From Octopus sinensis (Eukaryota): 64,000 nt of DNA. The stretch's first letter is position 1. Each line of letters begins with the position of its first letter. Below, in pieces: positions 48,997 to 63,164 of the stretch. The notes beneath the pieces were generated by a model that saw only the letters and a list, made by a program, of their open reading frames with translations, was not told the DNA's origin and searched no databases. Location: assembly GCF_006345805.1 (NCBI RefSeq), contig NC_043008.1, forward strand, positions 7,440,001 to 7,504,000, given 5' to 3'. The translations under genes were made by a program, and so were the position numbers.

Positions 48997-51132
48997 AGAT
49001 ATAACTACAATAAATTTGAAAACTAATGTTACAACAAAAAGGTTTTCTTTCAAGTAACTTTTACAGAAATCTCGAAAATTATTTTAATGAATATTTTTAA
49101 TTAATATTTTTCACATCTCTTTATACATATTTCCTGTCCACTCTATAACTGCTGTGTTTTCAAGCTCATTCATTGTACCTTCCTCCAAACATGCACGAAA
49201 ATTCAAAATCCGCCGAATATGCATTTTCAATAAACACCCATTGCTGTCCATTATAATACAGTACACGCAGCAAATTCTAAGCGAATAGTATTAAATAATA
49301 GCAGCACCATCCTATATGGAATTCCATTAAAGAATTAGAAATTCAACATTTCTATTCTTATTAAAATCCATATACGCAATAAAATTCAATACTATTGCAG
49401 CACACGTTATTACACTATGACATTTACCATGAATAAAATGTTAAATAAATTTATTTCCGGTGATGAGAATTCATCAAATATTTCTGGATATACTTTTCAG
49501 GTGTACCAAAATAGAATGCTACATTGGCTAATGAGGCCGGGACATTTTTCAAATGTTTATGAAACAGGGGACATTTCAATTAATCAAAAACACTGGCGCA
49601 ATAAGTAATTATGAAACCCCTTCAATAAAAAGATTTAACTAAAAAGAATTTGAATTCAAAATAACAAAATAATTATATATTAAGATTGTGTGTCTGTATG
49701 TCTATATATGTTTGTTTGTTTGTGTGTGTATGTGTGCGTTTGTGTATGCTTGTGTGCGTATATCATCATATATATATTAAATCATAGACGCTCGCAAATC
49801 ATATACGTGTATGATTTTGCAACATTTTCTGATTTCGATTATACTTCTACTCTGTAAGTTCCAGGAATGTTCCTTATTGCAATGATTAATCTCACTTCAG
49901 TTGCTTCTGCAGTTCATGTTATTCTAAAGCCACGGAAGAATCGCTGGAAAAAAATATTATTGCTTTTGCTTTATTAGATATTTTAAGATCATTCAGACTG
50001 ATTTGATAAGAAATATTCAAGATTGAAACTAAATATTATAAATCTAGCATTAGCAAGATAATAGTGCTCTTGTAATAATGTAACAGTTCCATATGTTTTA
50101 AAGTCTAAATTCCATCGGTGTTATTTTTCTGTATTAACTATCTAAGATCGTCTGAAAAATCCACCAAAATTCATTTCCTTTTATCCTTCTGCCAGTCTAA
50201 GAACACAGAAAAACACTTGGGGAAACTTATGGGATTTAGAATCACATCTCTTCCTAAAAAATTGAAATCTTATTCCACATTTGCTATAAAGCGAATTTAA
50301 GACGCGTGTTTCATGTATTTCTGCATTAGTTACGATACAACACAAATATTTGTACATTTTAAACATGCTATCATTTAAAGAAATTACACATGTATTTTTT
50401 GTTGTATATGATAAAATGTAATGTATATATTTGTGTCTGTTATAGTAGCAAGTCCACATTGATGAGTGCTATGACATTTCTTTATTTACATTTTAATTGA
50501 AACCGGAAATACCCTCCCCTCTTTAACCACGATCCGAGTATAACGTGTGGGAGGATAGATGCAACATGTTGGCACTTATCTTAGCTATTACTAGAATTCA
50601 GTTTTGATATTTAGCAGATGTTATTAACAGTAATGAGTTTTATTCAACTCCAAACAAATAAAAGAATAAATGAAATAAAACAAAAACACAGTAGATCAGT
50701 TTTAATTCAAAATTGTTGTAAAAGAAATATCTCTGACGAGGAAGAACGATTTCAATGCTCGTTTTGGTTAATGCCATATTTTAGATTAGAGAATTGTTTT
50801 GAAAGAAAAGTTTGAATAGCGTAAAAGCGATTGTAACCCGTCAGAATGAAGCAATTCCAATATTTACAGAATATATACATAGCGATATAAATACGGTTAT
50901 ATACATATACGTATGTGTGTGTGTACGTACGTATATATACATGTATATGTATACGCGTGTGTGTGTGTGAATGTGTGTGTCTGCGGATGTGGAGTGTGCA
51001 GTAGGTGTGTGTGTGTATAAACAGATTAACATCCACAGACACATGAACATATGAATACAGAAATATTCATCATAAACTTACAAATATTCAAAATCGTATT
51101 CACAAACAGAAATACAATATAAAAATTATAAC

Positions 51133-51139
<7 letters not shown>

Positions 51140-51203
<64 letters not shown>

Positions 51204-51262
51204 TGCATATATATATACATATACATATACATATATACATATAATATATATATATACATATA

Positions 51263-51343
<81 letters not shown>

Positions 51344-51403
51344 TGCATATATATATACATATACATATACATATATACATATATATATATATACATACAT
51401 ATA

Positions 51404-51460
<57 letters not shown>
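51140..51460. repeat. Long interrupted (TA)n tract
   Basis: Directly visible. Confidence 0.95.
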
Positions 51461-51465
<5 letters not shown>

Positions 51466-52269
51466 CATACATATGTATGTATGATATCCATGAATTCATG
51501 TTTCTTCGTATATGCACATAAGCCTACACATGCATTATATCCGTTTAGATATGTGTGTATATGCTTCGTAATCAAAGGTAGAGTATACATCAATATTGAC
51601 ATACATACTTAATTACATGCTTACATATGAACATTCATACATGAATTCATTTAAATATAATAACGCGTATATACATGCACATTTACACTCGTACATGCGT
51701 TCATCCAGAGATATATATTTGCAGGCATCCATACATGCATTCGTAGTTTTTTACGGTATTGTGAACGTGGAGACAAATAAGCGTTGCACGACTTCATAAA
51801 ATGATATCTCGATATACTCGCGTATATGTTTATTATTGCCCTGTATGTTTCTAGTATATATACGCTTGTTCACGTACAGGAATCCATGTAGGGGGAGAAA
51901 TATATAAAATTGGGATTATGTGTTATGTTTGACTGTGACGCATGTATGCATCACACAATATATTAATATATTTTCTCATAATTACTTTCTAAAAAGTATT
52001 TGAAACAATGAACGAGAAAGCGATTTAAATTGGTTTTATTCGTTTTTTTTTTGCTTTTAGAAATATTTCTATCTTGCAAACAAACAAACAAACAAAAAAA
52101 AGGATGGAACGAATGGGTTTATATACGCAAACGCGTTATCAGCATATTTGTTATATTGATACTTCAAATATTTTACGTTTCATATTGAATGTCCTGAAAC
52201 ATATGTGCGTAATTTATATTTAATTTTCGGCAAAATTCATTCTGAACAGTTTGGATGTTATTAATATTG

Positions 52270-52960
52270 CAACACGCCAACCTTAATCAAACTACAAGAG
52301 ATTGCTCCAAACATCGATCTCAAACCCCAAATATTCCCAAGCAGCAACTGATCCTACTGTTGCTTTGCCAGTGTAAACTCCATCAGCATTGTAGGCTTTT
52401 CTATTCCGCAGATTTTTAATTACGATGGCGCCTTGAAAAATTCTTACATCATTAACATCCAGTTTACATCCACTATAGACATTTGGCATATCACCTTCAA
52501 ATATATCCCCCTTTCACACCATTCATATCTTCTTTTTCATACACATACCAAAAGTACCTGAAAAGTCTCTGAAACCCTGCAAGTCTACCGTCCTTTATAA
52601 TCCTCCGTCCATCGTTCTCAAACATTGCGATCTAAAGAAGGCCTTTATATTGAAAAAAATTGCAATTTATCAGTCTATACGCGAATGTTAGTCGATCTTT
52701 TGTAACACCTAATACAGAATCCCAAACCCGGAATGCAACCGCTTCCATACTGTCAAATATAAACTTATTGTACTTATAATCCTCTAGCATCTAATTGACA
52801 ATGAACTCAGGCAATTACAATAAATTTCTTCTTAAAACATTCAGTCAATCTGTTTGTTTTTCTCTCACAAACTCTTTAATGGACTCCAGTATGAATTCTT
52901 TGCAGTTAGATCTACTGTAAATCCTTAAACTCAATAGCATGTTCAAATAGGAAACTTCGG
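52270..52960 (-). mobile_element. LINE reverse transcriptase relic (RTE/CR1-like)
   Basis: FDSM (~KAFDSV), VDLQG..S.TF..CM (~VGL.QG..LSP.LF..CM), DVNDVRI (~FADD position) and EYLGFEI (~KYLG..I), in order. Confidence 0.5.
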
Positions 52961-53572
52961 TGAATCCTTCAATGACTGCTGATAAAAATTACGACGAATA
53001 TTTCTTCCCATGGCATATATGCACACACAACACACACATACTCACACCACACACGCGCACACACATATATATATTCAGATGAATGCGGTACTTAAGTTGA
53101 AGCACCATAATTTAATACGGTATTATCTATATAATTTCAAAGGTGATTAAAATCAAAATAAGCAACAAGGATATTCGGATATCCTTCTTTGCAAAAGATC
53201 ACAGTGCCCTGAAACACGCTGCATAGCATAATAATTTAGTTTTCATTAACTACACACCAACACACACGTGAGTGCGCACGCACGCACGCACGCACGCACA
53301 GAAATATGAACACACACATGCACAAACACACAGGTATATTATTTATATTATTGTATGATCGAACACCCCGCATCCTTTTCCAAGTAAATTCTATCTTAAT
53401 AATTACGATGCGCACTCTTCTATCTTCATCCTTTCTGTTTTTCTCTCTCACCCTTTCCCTACTCTTCCCCTCTCCTCTTCACCGTTCCCTCTTTTCGCTC
53501 TCTCTCTTTCACCCTTCACCCTTGACTCTCTCGTCGCTGACACGTGACGAAAGGAGAGCTATCGTTCTGTCT

Positions 53573-55067
53573 AAATTTATTTTAAACTGTATAAATTATT
53601 TTACTTTTTACAGTTTATGTAGAATTGTTTTCTTTCGTATGATACAGGTGTTATGTATCTTTCTACAGCCAGAATAATTTTAATGCGCAATTAATTCAAA
53701 TGATTAAAAATTATCGGCAAAATAAGTCTAAGACCGCACTAGCATTATTTTCTTTAAATTGAAAATTTACGGCGCAAATGATCAACGAACAATAATTTAT
53801 TATTAGTTTTCTAGTTCGATTACCATTATTTCCACTTACGCCCTTACAACGGCGAGACATAGAATCCGACAAATGAGCACAAAATCACTTGGAATGTTCT
53901 GCCATATTTCTTCAATAAAATTATATAATTGGGATAAATTTATTGCTTTTTTGGCATGAACTATTTTAGAAACATTATTCCATAAATTTCTATCGGATTC
54001 AAATCCGGGTTCTGAGGAGGCCACTCAACAACCACCATATTATTGCGCTCAAAATATTGAAAAAAATTTCCTAGTCTTATGAATAGCCCTGCTGGAAAAT
54101 ATATCCCGGTGGCATTTGGTCATTTAATTATGGTAGTACATTTTCATTTACTAATTGCCGATAGCCTACACTGTTCAGTGTACCATCAACCTTAACATTT
54201 GGACCAACATCCAAGCTGTTGCACGCCATTACCCTACCACCACCCGCTTGCGCTGTTTTGTTGACATACTTAGGATGGAATTCTTCAGTTGGACGGTGTC
54301 TATCTTAAGTCTGTCCGTCTGATCCAAAGATTCGTCGCTCCAAAGAACACCTGACCAGTCTTCGGCCAACCATTCAATATGGCTTTCAGCAAACTTGACA
54401 CGCTTCCGCAGGTTCGTCTCAGAAATTATCGGCTTCTTTCGAGCGCTCCGGCCGAACTTTCCAAATCCTTTTAGGCGGTTTCTTACATTTTGTGGTGTAA
54501 AGCTGATGTCAGTTTCATCAAATAACTGCTTGCAAATGTCCACTGCTGTTAGTATGCGGATACCTTCAGAGAGCTTATGAATAAACCGATCCATCTGTAC
54601 TGTTGTTTTTCTCAGAGCACCCGTTCTTTGCCGAACTTTGTATTAGCCAATGGCTTGGCAAATCTTCCATGCTTGAAAATAAGCCGTTTTGCTTACTAAT
54701 ATCCAGGAAGGACATATTTTGCTAATGGATCAACATGATCCTTGACCTAGCAACTAGGTTGACATTACGACGCTTCCCCATAGCGAATGCATGTGCAAAA
54801 ATGCTCGATTATTAAACAGAAGTGTGCAGTACGACCAACCATCTGGTTTGTAAATTTGCATTGTGTTGATAAAGTCTTAAAGAAAATAATGTTGTACGGT
54901 CTTAAACTTAGTTTGCCAACGGTTTTTAATCATTTGAACTTATTGTGCATCAATATTATTCAAATTACAGAAAGATATATAAAGCCTGTATCATTGGAAG
55001 CAGAAACAGCAGTACATGAACTGTAAAAAGAAAAATACTTTTATACTGTTTTGTTAAAAATAAATTA
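53573..55067 (-). mobile_element. Near full-length Tc1 element with ~185-bp imperfect inverted repeats; dead transposase at ~53805-54781
   Basis: MGKRR..RSRIMLIH*; GRSARKKPIIS..RKRVKFA..DWSGVLWSDES; RNLWN..EEIWQNIP. 53573-53757 pairs with 54878-55067. Confidence 0.9.
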
Positions 55068-55251
55068 ATGGAGAAATAGAACTACCATATCCTCGGGCTT
55101 AAACTTCTTTTGGTTAGAGTATATATATGTATCTATATATCTATTTATATATCTATATCTATCTATCAATATCTATCTATCTATCTATCTACCTATCTAT
55201 CTATCTATATCTATTTCACTCTATCTCTCTTTCTCTATCTCTCTCTCTCTG

Positions 55252-55320
<69 letters not shown>

Positions 55321-55389
55321 CTCACATATATACATACATACATATTTATACATATGCATACATACATATATATATATATATATATAAAC

Positions 55390-55560
55390 AAATTTCCGTA
55401 AGTTAGCAGTTCGGCAAACGGAACCGATTGAATAAGTACCAGGCTTAGAAAAAATAACAAAAAAGCGATTCATTCGACTAAAATATTTCCACGCGCTGCC
55501 CCAACATGGCAGCAGTCTACAGTCTGATACAAGTAAATGGTAAACGATAAATGATAAAAA
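55390..55560 (+). mobile_element. SINE family A, decayed 3' part
   Basis: GTTCGGCAAA..GAATAAGTACCAGGCTT..CAACATGGC..CAAGTAAA. Confidence 0.75.
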
Positions 55561-55566
55561 ATATGA

Positions 55567-55599
<33 letters not shown>

Positions 55600-56299
55600 C
55601 ATTGATGCATATACTTATTACATACAACACACACATACATATGCTGTTATGTTGGTAGTTGCTGACATGTGACATAAAAGATAACAGAATATGTTATAAG
55701 TTCCTATTACTTGGGAAAAGATAAATCTGGCACATACGCAGACTTTATATGCAGACGAGCAAAAACATAAGTATATTTGTTTCTCGGCGTATCTCTATCT
55801 ATGGATTTCTATATATATATATATGTGTGTCTGTGTGTGCGTATGTAAGATGTTTACGTTCGTGTGCTTGACAGTGTTTGCATAACTGTATCTACCTTTC
55901 CGATTGTGATTTCAAACATATGTACTTCATATATGTGCGTTGTGTAGACGAGCATACATATACATGTCTAAAATTGTCTGACACCTGTTATCTTTAGAGC
56001 TCTACTTCCATGCTATTTTTCTTGCATTTTGCTTTTTCTGCGTATTTTATTTTACAACGTGAAAATATCCATATGTTTGGATATTTGCCCGAGCTGTATA
56101 AGTGGGAGTGCGATAATTAGTTATTCAAAATGTATATCAAAACAAGTTGTTTTTTTTCACTTTTTTTGTACTTTCTTTTTTTTTCATTTTCCGTATAATA
56201 ATGTTAATGGATTTCAAGAGAGGAAATTTTTCGAATTATTCTGCTCGTATTTTCTTCTCTAGCTTTCTTTCCTTCCCCGTCTCTGTCTCTCTCACAGCA

Positions 56300-56368
56300 C
56301 ACAGGTATACATAATTGCTTACATACTTATACAGTCGCTCGTACTCTCTCTCACTCACCCCACACTCT

Positions 56369-56403
<35 letters not shown>

Positions 56404-56693
56404 AGGCATACATGGTTGCTTACATACTTATACACTCGCCCGTACTCTCTCTCTCACTCAGACCACACACACTCTCTCACTCTCTCACACATACACAAAC
56501 ACACACACACAGAGGTATATATAGTTGCTTACATACTTATACAGTCGTTCGTACTCTGTCTCTCTCTCTCTCACTCATCCTACACTCTCATACACACACA
56601 CACACAGGTATATATAGTTGCTTACATACTTATACACTTGCCCGTACTCTCTCTCACTCATCCCACACTCTCATACACACACACACACAGGTT
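56300..56693. repeat. Minisatellite, four units of ~80-110 bp
   Basis: GGTATA.AT..TTGCTTACATACTTATACA..CGTACTCT(CT)n..(CA)n repeated four times. Confidence 0.92.
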
Positions 56694-57608
56694 TACCTCC
56701 GTGTTAGTCTCTAATTATTTCGATGTATGAGCACATGTTCATAAACGTATGCCTGTTGCTTTTAATGAACGTACAAACGCATTTACTCAAAGCGTTTTGA
56801 CAATAGCAGCTACACTGCCGTATATTTCTGTTTCGCCTAATGTATAATTTGTGTTACGCCATTCGAAACTAACGCTATATTAAGTTTTTCTTCATTCTCC
56901 CCTAAGACGGTGAATATAAATAGTGACCCTAATCATTTCTCTAAAGACAAAATATAACATTGCCACATCTAAGGTGCCTAACTGTCGCTGAAATATCGAT
57001 GCTTAGCTTCAGCCGCTAGAAGAAATATTACGTGTAACACTGACTCTGGGAAAGATATTCAATTCAGTTCCTATACTACCACAGATTAACTATTCTTCAT
57101 ACCTGCGAATACTATGTATACGTATTTGTGTGTGTGCGTGTGTATATGTACATTTGTGTGTGTGTGTGTGTATGTGTATGTGTGTGTGTGTGTGTGTATT
57201 TGTGTATTCTCACAGTTTCTTTTTTCTCATTTGGTATTTGACACCGTGTCTGTCCTGACTTCAACAGTTTACAACATTGTTATTCTTTGCTGCTGGCGAT
57301 TCCTAGCTAGAGTATACAAGTCAATGTCAGTGTGTAGCAGCGTGTATCAGACGGCCCACTCATAAGCTGTCAGCTCAAATGCTACAACACACACGCCTTA
57401 TTGCGATTCTGTGGAACAAAAGATTTTACTATACATTATTTCTGAATCTAAAGCTTCGTAATATAACTCTAATTTTCCTTTATGAACACACATACACACG
57501 CAAATATATATGATATGCGATACTCACTCCGATACACGTTTACATAAAACATACAACATAAACCTTAATCTATGTATGCGTGTTGATCTTTGTGTCGGTG
57601 TGGGCGAG

Positions 57609-57650
<42 letters not shown>

Positions 57651-58297
57651 CAAGCAATGATTGATGTAACAACATGAAATGTAAAATGTAAAGATATTGT
57701 TAAAAGGAACAGTACGGACTTCACTAGATTCATAAACAGAAGCTGTGTAGAGCTGACAGATCAGAACAAACTAAAGGAAAACGCTGTAGGTGATACGAAA
57801 CGTGTTATGGCTGGAATATAAGCAAATGTCACACACAGAGATTTGCCTTGAATAGGTGGGAGATTGATTTGATTATAATATGTATGAAATGTAGGACAAA
57901 TTCGACACACATTCTCAGAAATTGTGTCTTGAAAAGGGTTGAAAATGCAATAATGAAAGGATTTGAGAAATCAAATGTAGCGATGTCAATCCTACATATC
58001 TTTCTGCCCATTTCAACGAGAGTGCAACTTTGCCAAAAGAGAATAACCTATAATAAGATTTCAAATACGTGGTAAACACGAATTTGTAAGCGTAAAAGTT
58101 CACAGGGGCATTTTCTTACATACTGATAGATTGCTCCTTTATACTAACGGTTTAAATATCCAAGAAACTATGAAAAGAAATGCAATAGTCTGAAGAAAAG
58201 CGTTAGAAATTTTTAAATGACTGAATGTTTGGTTCAAAAAGGAATGATTATATGAGTTGGGAATCGGGGAGGTGGTTGTAGTTCGTAGCAGAAACAT

Positions 58298-58536
58298 AAG
58301 GCGGAGAGCTGGAAGAATCGTTAGCACGCAGGGCGAAATCCTTAGCTGTATTTTGTCTGCCGTTACGTTCTAAGTTCAAATTCCGCCGAGGTCAACTTTG
58401 CCTTTCATCCTTTCGGGGTCGATAATTTAAGTAGCAGTTACGCACTGGGGTCGATGTAATCAGCTTAATCCATTTGTCTGTCCTTGTTTTTCCCTTCTAT
58501 GTTTAGCTCCTTGTGGGCAATAAAGAAATAAGAAAT
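58298..58536 (+). mobile_element. SINE family B
   Basis: Full-length homolog. Confidence 0.93.
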
Positions 58537-58599
58537 ATAATTTCCTATAAAGGAATGATAAATCGTGAAAATGTTCCGGATACAGACTGAACTGAAGCG

Positions 58600-58940
58600 C
58601 ACAAAAGGCCGTATGTTTAAAACGCTCACTTGGTTTTCGATTCAGTCCAAGTGCGCAGCACCTTGGAGAAGTGTCACGGACCGAGTAATGCTTTGTAACT
58701 GAATGTCGCTGGCGGGAACTGTGTGGAGCCTATTTTTAACACATGCACACACACCCATATAGACGCGCGCGTACACACACACATATGTATGTGTGAGTTG
58801 GTGATTGTATGTGTCTGTACTTAAGTGGTTCGACAAACGTCTCCGTTATATTACAACCGTCGTCGTTGTGCTAGTTGAAACTCCTTAGAGCGATTCCCCT
58901 TCGTGGCGGCAATCTAATGTCTAAAACAATTAAACAATGT
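58600..58940 (+). mobile_element. Old SINE family A-related copy
   Basis: TTCAGTCC..TGCGCAGCACCTTGGAGAAGTGTC..GGAACTGTGTGGAGCC, an internal microsatellite and a degraded tail. Confidence 0.6.
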
Positions 58941-59599
58941 ATGATGTAAAAACAGGTTGAGTCCTCTCTCTAAATACCAGTGGCCTTGTTTCCGCTATTC
59001 TCTCACTTGGAGCCCCGAGTATGGTTTCGAGAATGAATTGCAAGGCAATAGTTTAGAAATAGTTCAATGTATTCAGTGCCTTTACTATTGCAAAGTGTTT
59101 ATAGATGTCACATAGTGTTTAGGTAATGCTTTGGCTACTTTAAAATACAATTGAATGCCGAGTAAGAGAGATAGAGATAGAGAAAGAGGGGACCCATAAG
59201 TGTTCAATCTGGTAGAAAAACGAGCCAAATATTCAGGAAATCCTACTCGAAGATCTTAACTAAAAGGTGGTTCATTTTTATTATACAGTATTGAAGTCAG
59301 TTTCTGAAATAAATGTGAAACTGCTACGGCTTGAATGCCTCTGTGTTTGCCCATTCAGGATAGATGTAGAGCTATTCAACACTAACGATCTCCACAATTT
59401 TAGTTTTCATTCTCAGTCATATAGTAACTATTTAAATTAGTATTTGCAACATTTTCGTGGTCATTTACAGCATAGATGTAACGCAACGTAATATTCACGA
59501 CAAATTAAAAAGAAATACGTGGTGTTCGGGCTAAATTTGATATTTGTTTTCAGAAACTGTTTCGTATGTTGGTGAACATTGAATTGCGTTGGGGCGTAT

Positions 59600-60255
59600 A
59601 AAGATTAAATTTGTACTTGAGAAATTTAGCTGATATGGAGGACTGGAAGCCACATGAATACAGGAAAGCATTTAGCTGTACCATGATAATACGCACCGGG
59701 TATCAAAAGGTTGACAGCATGACTGCGGTTGAAAGCTTTGTGAATATAGGAAAGTCTTTAAGACGTGACATCCACAGCTGCAACAGAGACTACGGAAGTA
59801 ACGCAGCAGGCGTTGTGAATGCTGCCGCAAGCTGGTTTTAGTTCCTGGGACATTCGGCTCCATTCAGATGTCTCTGTAATGCTGCTCGAGGAATGTGGTC
59901 AATCTCTGGCTGGAGAGGGTTTTTGCTGGAAGGCCATATGTGTGGATTTAGCTCATTACCATATCCCCGGAAAGAGTCAAACTTGGCTACTTACTATGCT
60001 TCGGAAAATTTCTACGATTTTTTCTACGGTCCAAATTCTCGTCTTATTAACTCCTCTACTTGTAATTCCTTGGATTACTATGTGTGGGATGCAGTTGATA
60101 CCAACTACTCTGCCTTTAAAACCAAGGACGAGCTGGTGAGCAAGATCAAGATGTTCAAAGATCTTCCTAATGAATCAGAGAAGAATGAAGGCACCAGTTT
60201 CTGGAGCCATTTTGAAGCCATGGTGTACGCTGAGAGCGGATACGTTGAGTAAACT
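59600..60255 (+). mobile_element. maT/DD37D-type Tc1/mariner transposase relic, internally deleted
   Basis: WKPHE..MIIRTG; SENFYDF..NSSTCNSLDYYVWDAV..TKDELVSKIK..LP..EAMVYAESGYVE* (~WPPNSPDCNPMDYYVWGAV..EAV..AEGGYFE). Confidence 0.85.
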
Positions 60256-61179
60256 ATTATCTCCAAACTGTAATATGGGATTTTTGAATAACTTTTTCAA
60301 TGGAACATTGTTTCCTTTTCCTGTTACGCAACTATCAAATTTAGTCATAACAATGTACATCTTTAGAAGATTAAGAATAATAACTGAGGTTATTTATATC
60401 CATTCCAGTCCCAACAACATATTAAGACACTTTGTTGAAGAAATATAACATTTGGAATATTTATTGGTTGCTTCAAGCTCGTGAATTCAAATGCGCTGCG
60501 ATCAGACTAATAATTCACTGTTGCAGCGGTTTCAAATATAGTAATATAAACAGTTCAAAGTTAATCCAACAAACAATACTCCGCTGTGTTTAAAATCATC
60601 TCCGCTCATTACTTGCTATTATTTGATTCATCAATCTTTTATTCTCTGTATGCAGTTGTGTTCATACTGACTGCTTTAATTTCAGATATACTTCAGAAAT
60701 ATGATACAACACCAGAGCAGGTGGGGGCAGAAAGATTGATTTCACAAAATGATAAATTCTTTATGTAGACGATGTGTGTCTGGGTCTACAAATATCTTCC
60801 ATTTCCAATAAATGAAAGCTACAATAGCAATCTCCCATACATCAAAATTTGGTTGAAAACCTAGCTGTTGGTCATAATATACCATTAAACAGCATACTTA
60901 ATATGAATAGTACTAATTAGCTTCGATATTCACGTAGCATCTCATCGAATCACAGTAATACATTAAAGACAAGACTTTTTGTTGAAGTACAATGTTGTAT
61001 AAGCGCTCACAATGTTACTCACACGCGCGTGCGCACACACACGTGCGCACGTACACATACGGACACACACATGCACATAAGCGAATGCGCACAAGCACAT
61101 GTATATATATATATATAGGTTTGGTGGAACAAACTGCGAGAATAGAAATTCATACCAGAGAATATACACACACGCGTAT

Positions 61180-61375
61180 ATTGGTTTCAAATTTTGGCAC
61201 AAGGCCAGCAACTTCAAGCTGGGGATAAACCAATTACACCGACTCCACTGTTAAACTGGTACATATTTTATCGGTCGCGATAGGATGAAAGGCAAAGTCG
61301 ACTTCGACGGAATGTCGACTCAGGATGCTAAGACCGACAAAATGCCGCAAACAACTTTACCCGTCGTGCTAATGT
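61180..61375 (-). mobile_element. SINE family B-related variant
   Basis: Core GGATGAAAGGCAAAGTCGAC with an alternative tail TTGGTTTCAAATTTTGGCACAAGGCCAGC. Confidence 0.75.
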
Positions 61376-61530
61376 AGGCGTCATTAAGGGCTGGTATTAT
61401 CCAAGGAAATACTTGTTCAATAGCTAATATTTTTGGGGAAAGTTAACATCCATGAAAGAAAATAATAGTTTTATATATAAAACATGGTTTATAATCGTGC
61501 AAATGAAGAATAAGAAAATTGAGTTATATA

Positions 61531-61763
61531 TATTTCTTTACTGCCCACAAGGGGCTAAACATAGAGGGGACAAACAAGGACAGACAAAGGGATTAAGTCA
61601 ATTACATCGACCCCAGTGAGTAACTAGTACTTAATTTATAGACCCCGAAAGGATGAAAGGCAAAGTGGTCCTCGGCGGAATTTGAACTCAGAACGTACCG
61701 GCAGACGAAATACAGCAAAGCATTTCACCCGACGTGCTAACGTTTCTGCCAGCTCGCCGCCTT
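61531..61763 (-). mobile_element. SINE family B with a ~10-bp TSD (AGTTATATAT)
   Basis: Full-length homolog. Confidence 0.93.
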
Positions 61764-62235
61764 ATATAAGTTATATATGGAGGTATATAAGTGAATAAGA
61801 GTTTATTGTTTGCTGATAATAAACTCTTATTAAATTAAATGTCTCTATTTTCTTATTCTTCATTTACGTGAAGAAACATTTACGGAAATGCCAAACCCGG
61901 GAATTCACGGTACACAGTAGAACAGGGGCAACCGTAGAATCTCTGAGTCTATTCTCATACATCGAAGAAAGCCAAATTCCAACAACAGAAGAGAGTTACA
62001 AGAAGCTAGCTGGTTGTCATAGGAACACCTTTCCGCGCATGTCCACTGCACACACGCTCACACATACACGTAAATCGGCAACATTCGTCAGATTCTTGAA
62101 AATGGGGTCATAACCCCGAAATATTGAATGAAAGGTGAGTCTACAATAATTCATATATTTGTTTTCTTGGGATTTGTCTTGCATTTACTTAGCATTGTTC
62201 TGGCCTTATCTACGATTCTTTAAACAATATATATA

Positions 62236-62276
<41 letters not shown>

Positions 62277-62320
62277 CGTTTAAATATTTGTTGTGCAATA
62301 TGACCATTCCGAAAATAAAC

Positions 62321-62361
<41 letters not shown>

Positions 62362-62399
62362 GTGTGTGAGTATAATTTCCCCAAAAAAACAAAAGAAAA

Positions 62400-62770
62400 A
62401 CAGGTGTATGCGTGGCTGTATGATAAGTAGCTTGCTTCCCAAACGCACTGCGTGTCACTTTGGCCTAAGTCTTCTACAATAGCCTTGTGAGTGGATTTGG
62501 TTGACGGAAACTGAAAGAAGTCATATATATACATATATAAAAATGTACGTGTGTGTGTGCGTGTATCTTCGTTTATGTGTTTGTCCCATCACCACTGCTT
62601 GACAACCGGTGCTGGTGTGTTTACGTCGCCGTAAACTTGCGATTCGTCCAAGCAGACCGATAGAAGAAGTGTCAGGCTTTGAAGCATAAGCACTGAGGTC
62701 GATAAATTCGACTAAGGCGTTGCCCCAGCATGGCCGTAGTCTGATAACTTAAACAAGTAGCAAATAAAAG
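62400..62770 (+). mobile_element. SINE family A, diverged
   Basis: Head, body and tail are recognisable. Confidence 0.85.
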
Positions 62771-62787
62771 ATATATACACATGAGAT

Positions 62788-62820
<33 letters not shown>

Positions 62821-63031
62821 TTGGGGAAGAAGAGGGAGAGAGGCATAGATTAGATAAGACCATTGTTTGATTGATAGGTAGATGTGAAGCTAAGAATATA
62901 TATGTGGCTGGGAACCTTCTGTTTGCTCATATGTATGTCTGTGGGATGAAATCGCTGCGTATGTTTGTGGTGCAAGCACGTTTTCGTACCTATCTATGCG
63001 AAAGAGAGATAGAAACAGAGATGGAGGAGAG

Positions 63032-63067
<36 letters not shown>

Positions 63068-63164
63068 GGGAAATAAAGGGGAAGGAGAGGGGAGAGAGAG
63101 AAATGGGGGAGAATAGGATTACAAAATGACAAGAATTATCATTGATATTACGGATATACGGATC

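Noticed and set aside
49862-49980. Hydrophobic stretch followed by KPRKNRWKK, like a transmembrane exon
   Set aside because: Short, no donor, and such strings arise easily by chance in AT-rich DNA.
56300-56693. Repeat-spacer pattern resembling CRISPR
   Set aside because: The context is eukaryotic, the spacers are homologous microsatellites, and there are no cas genes.
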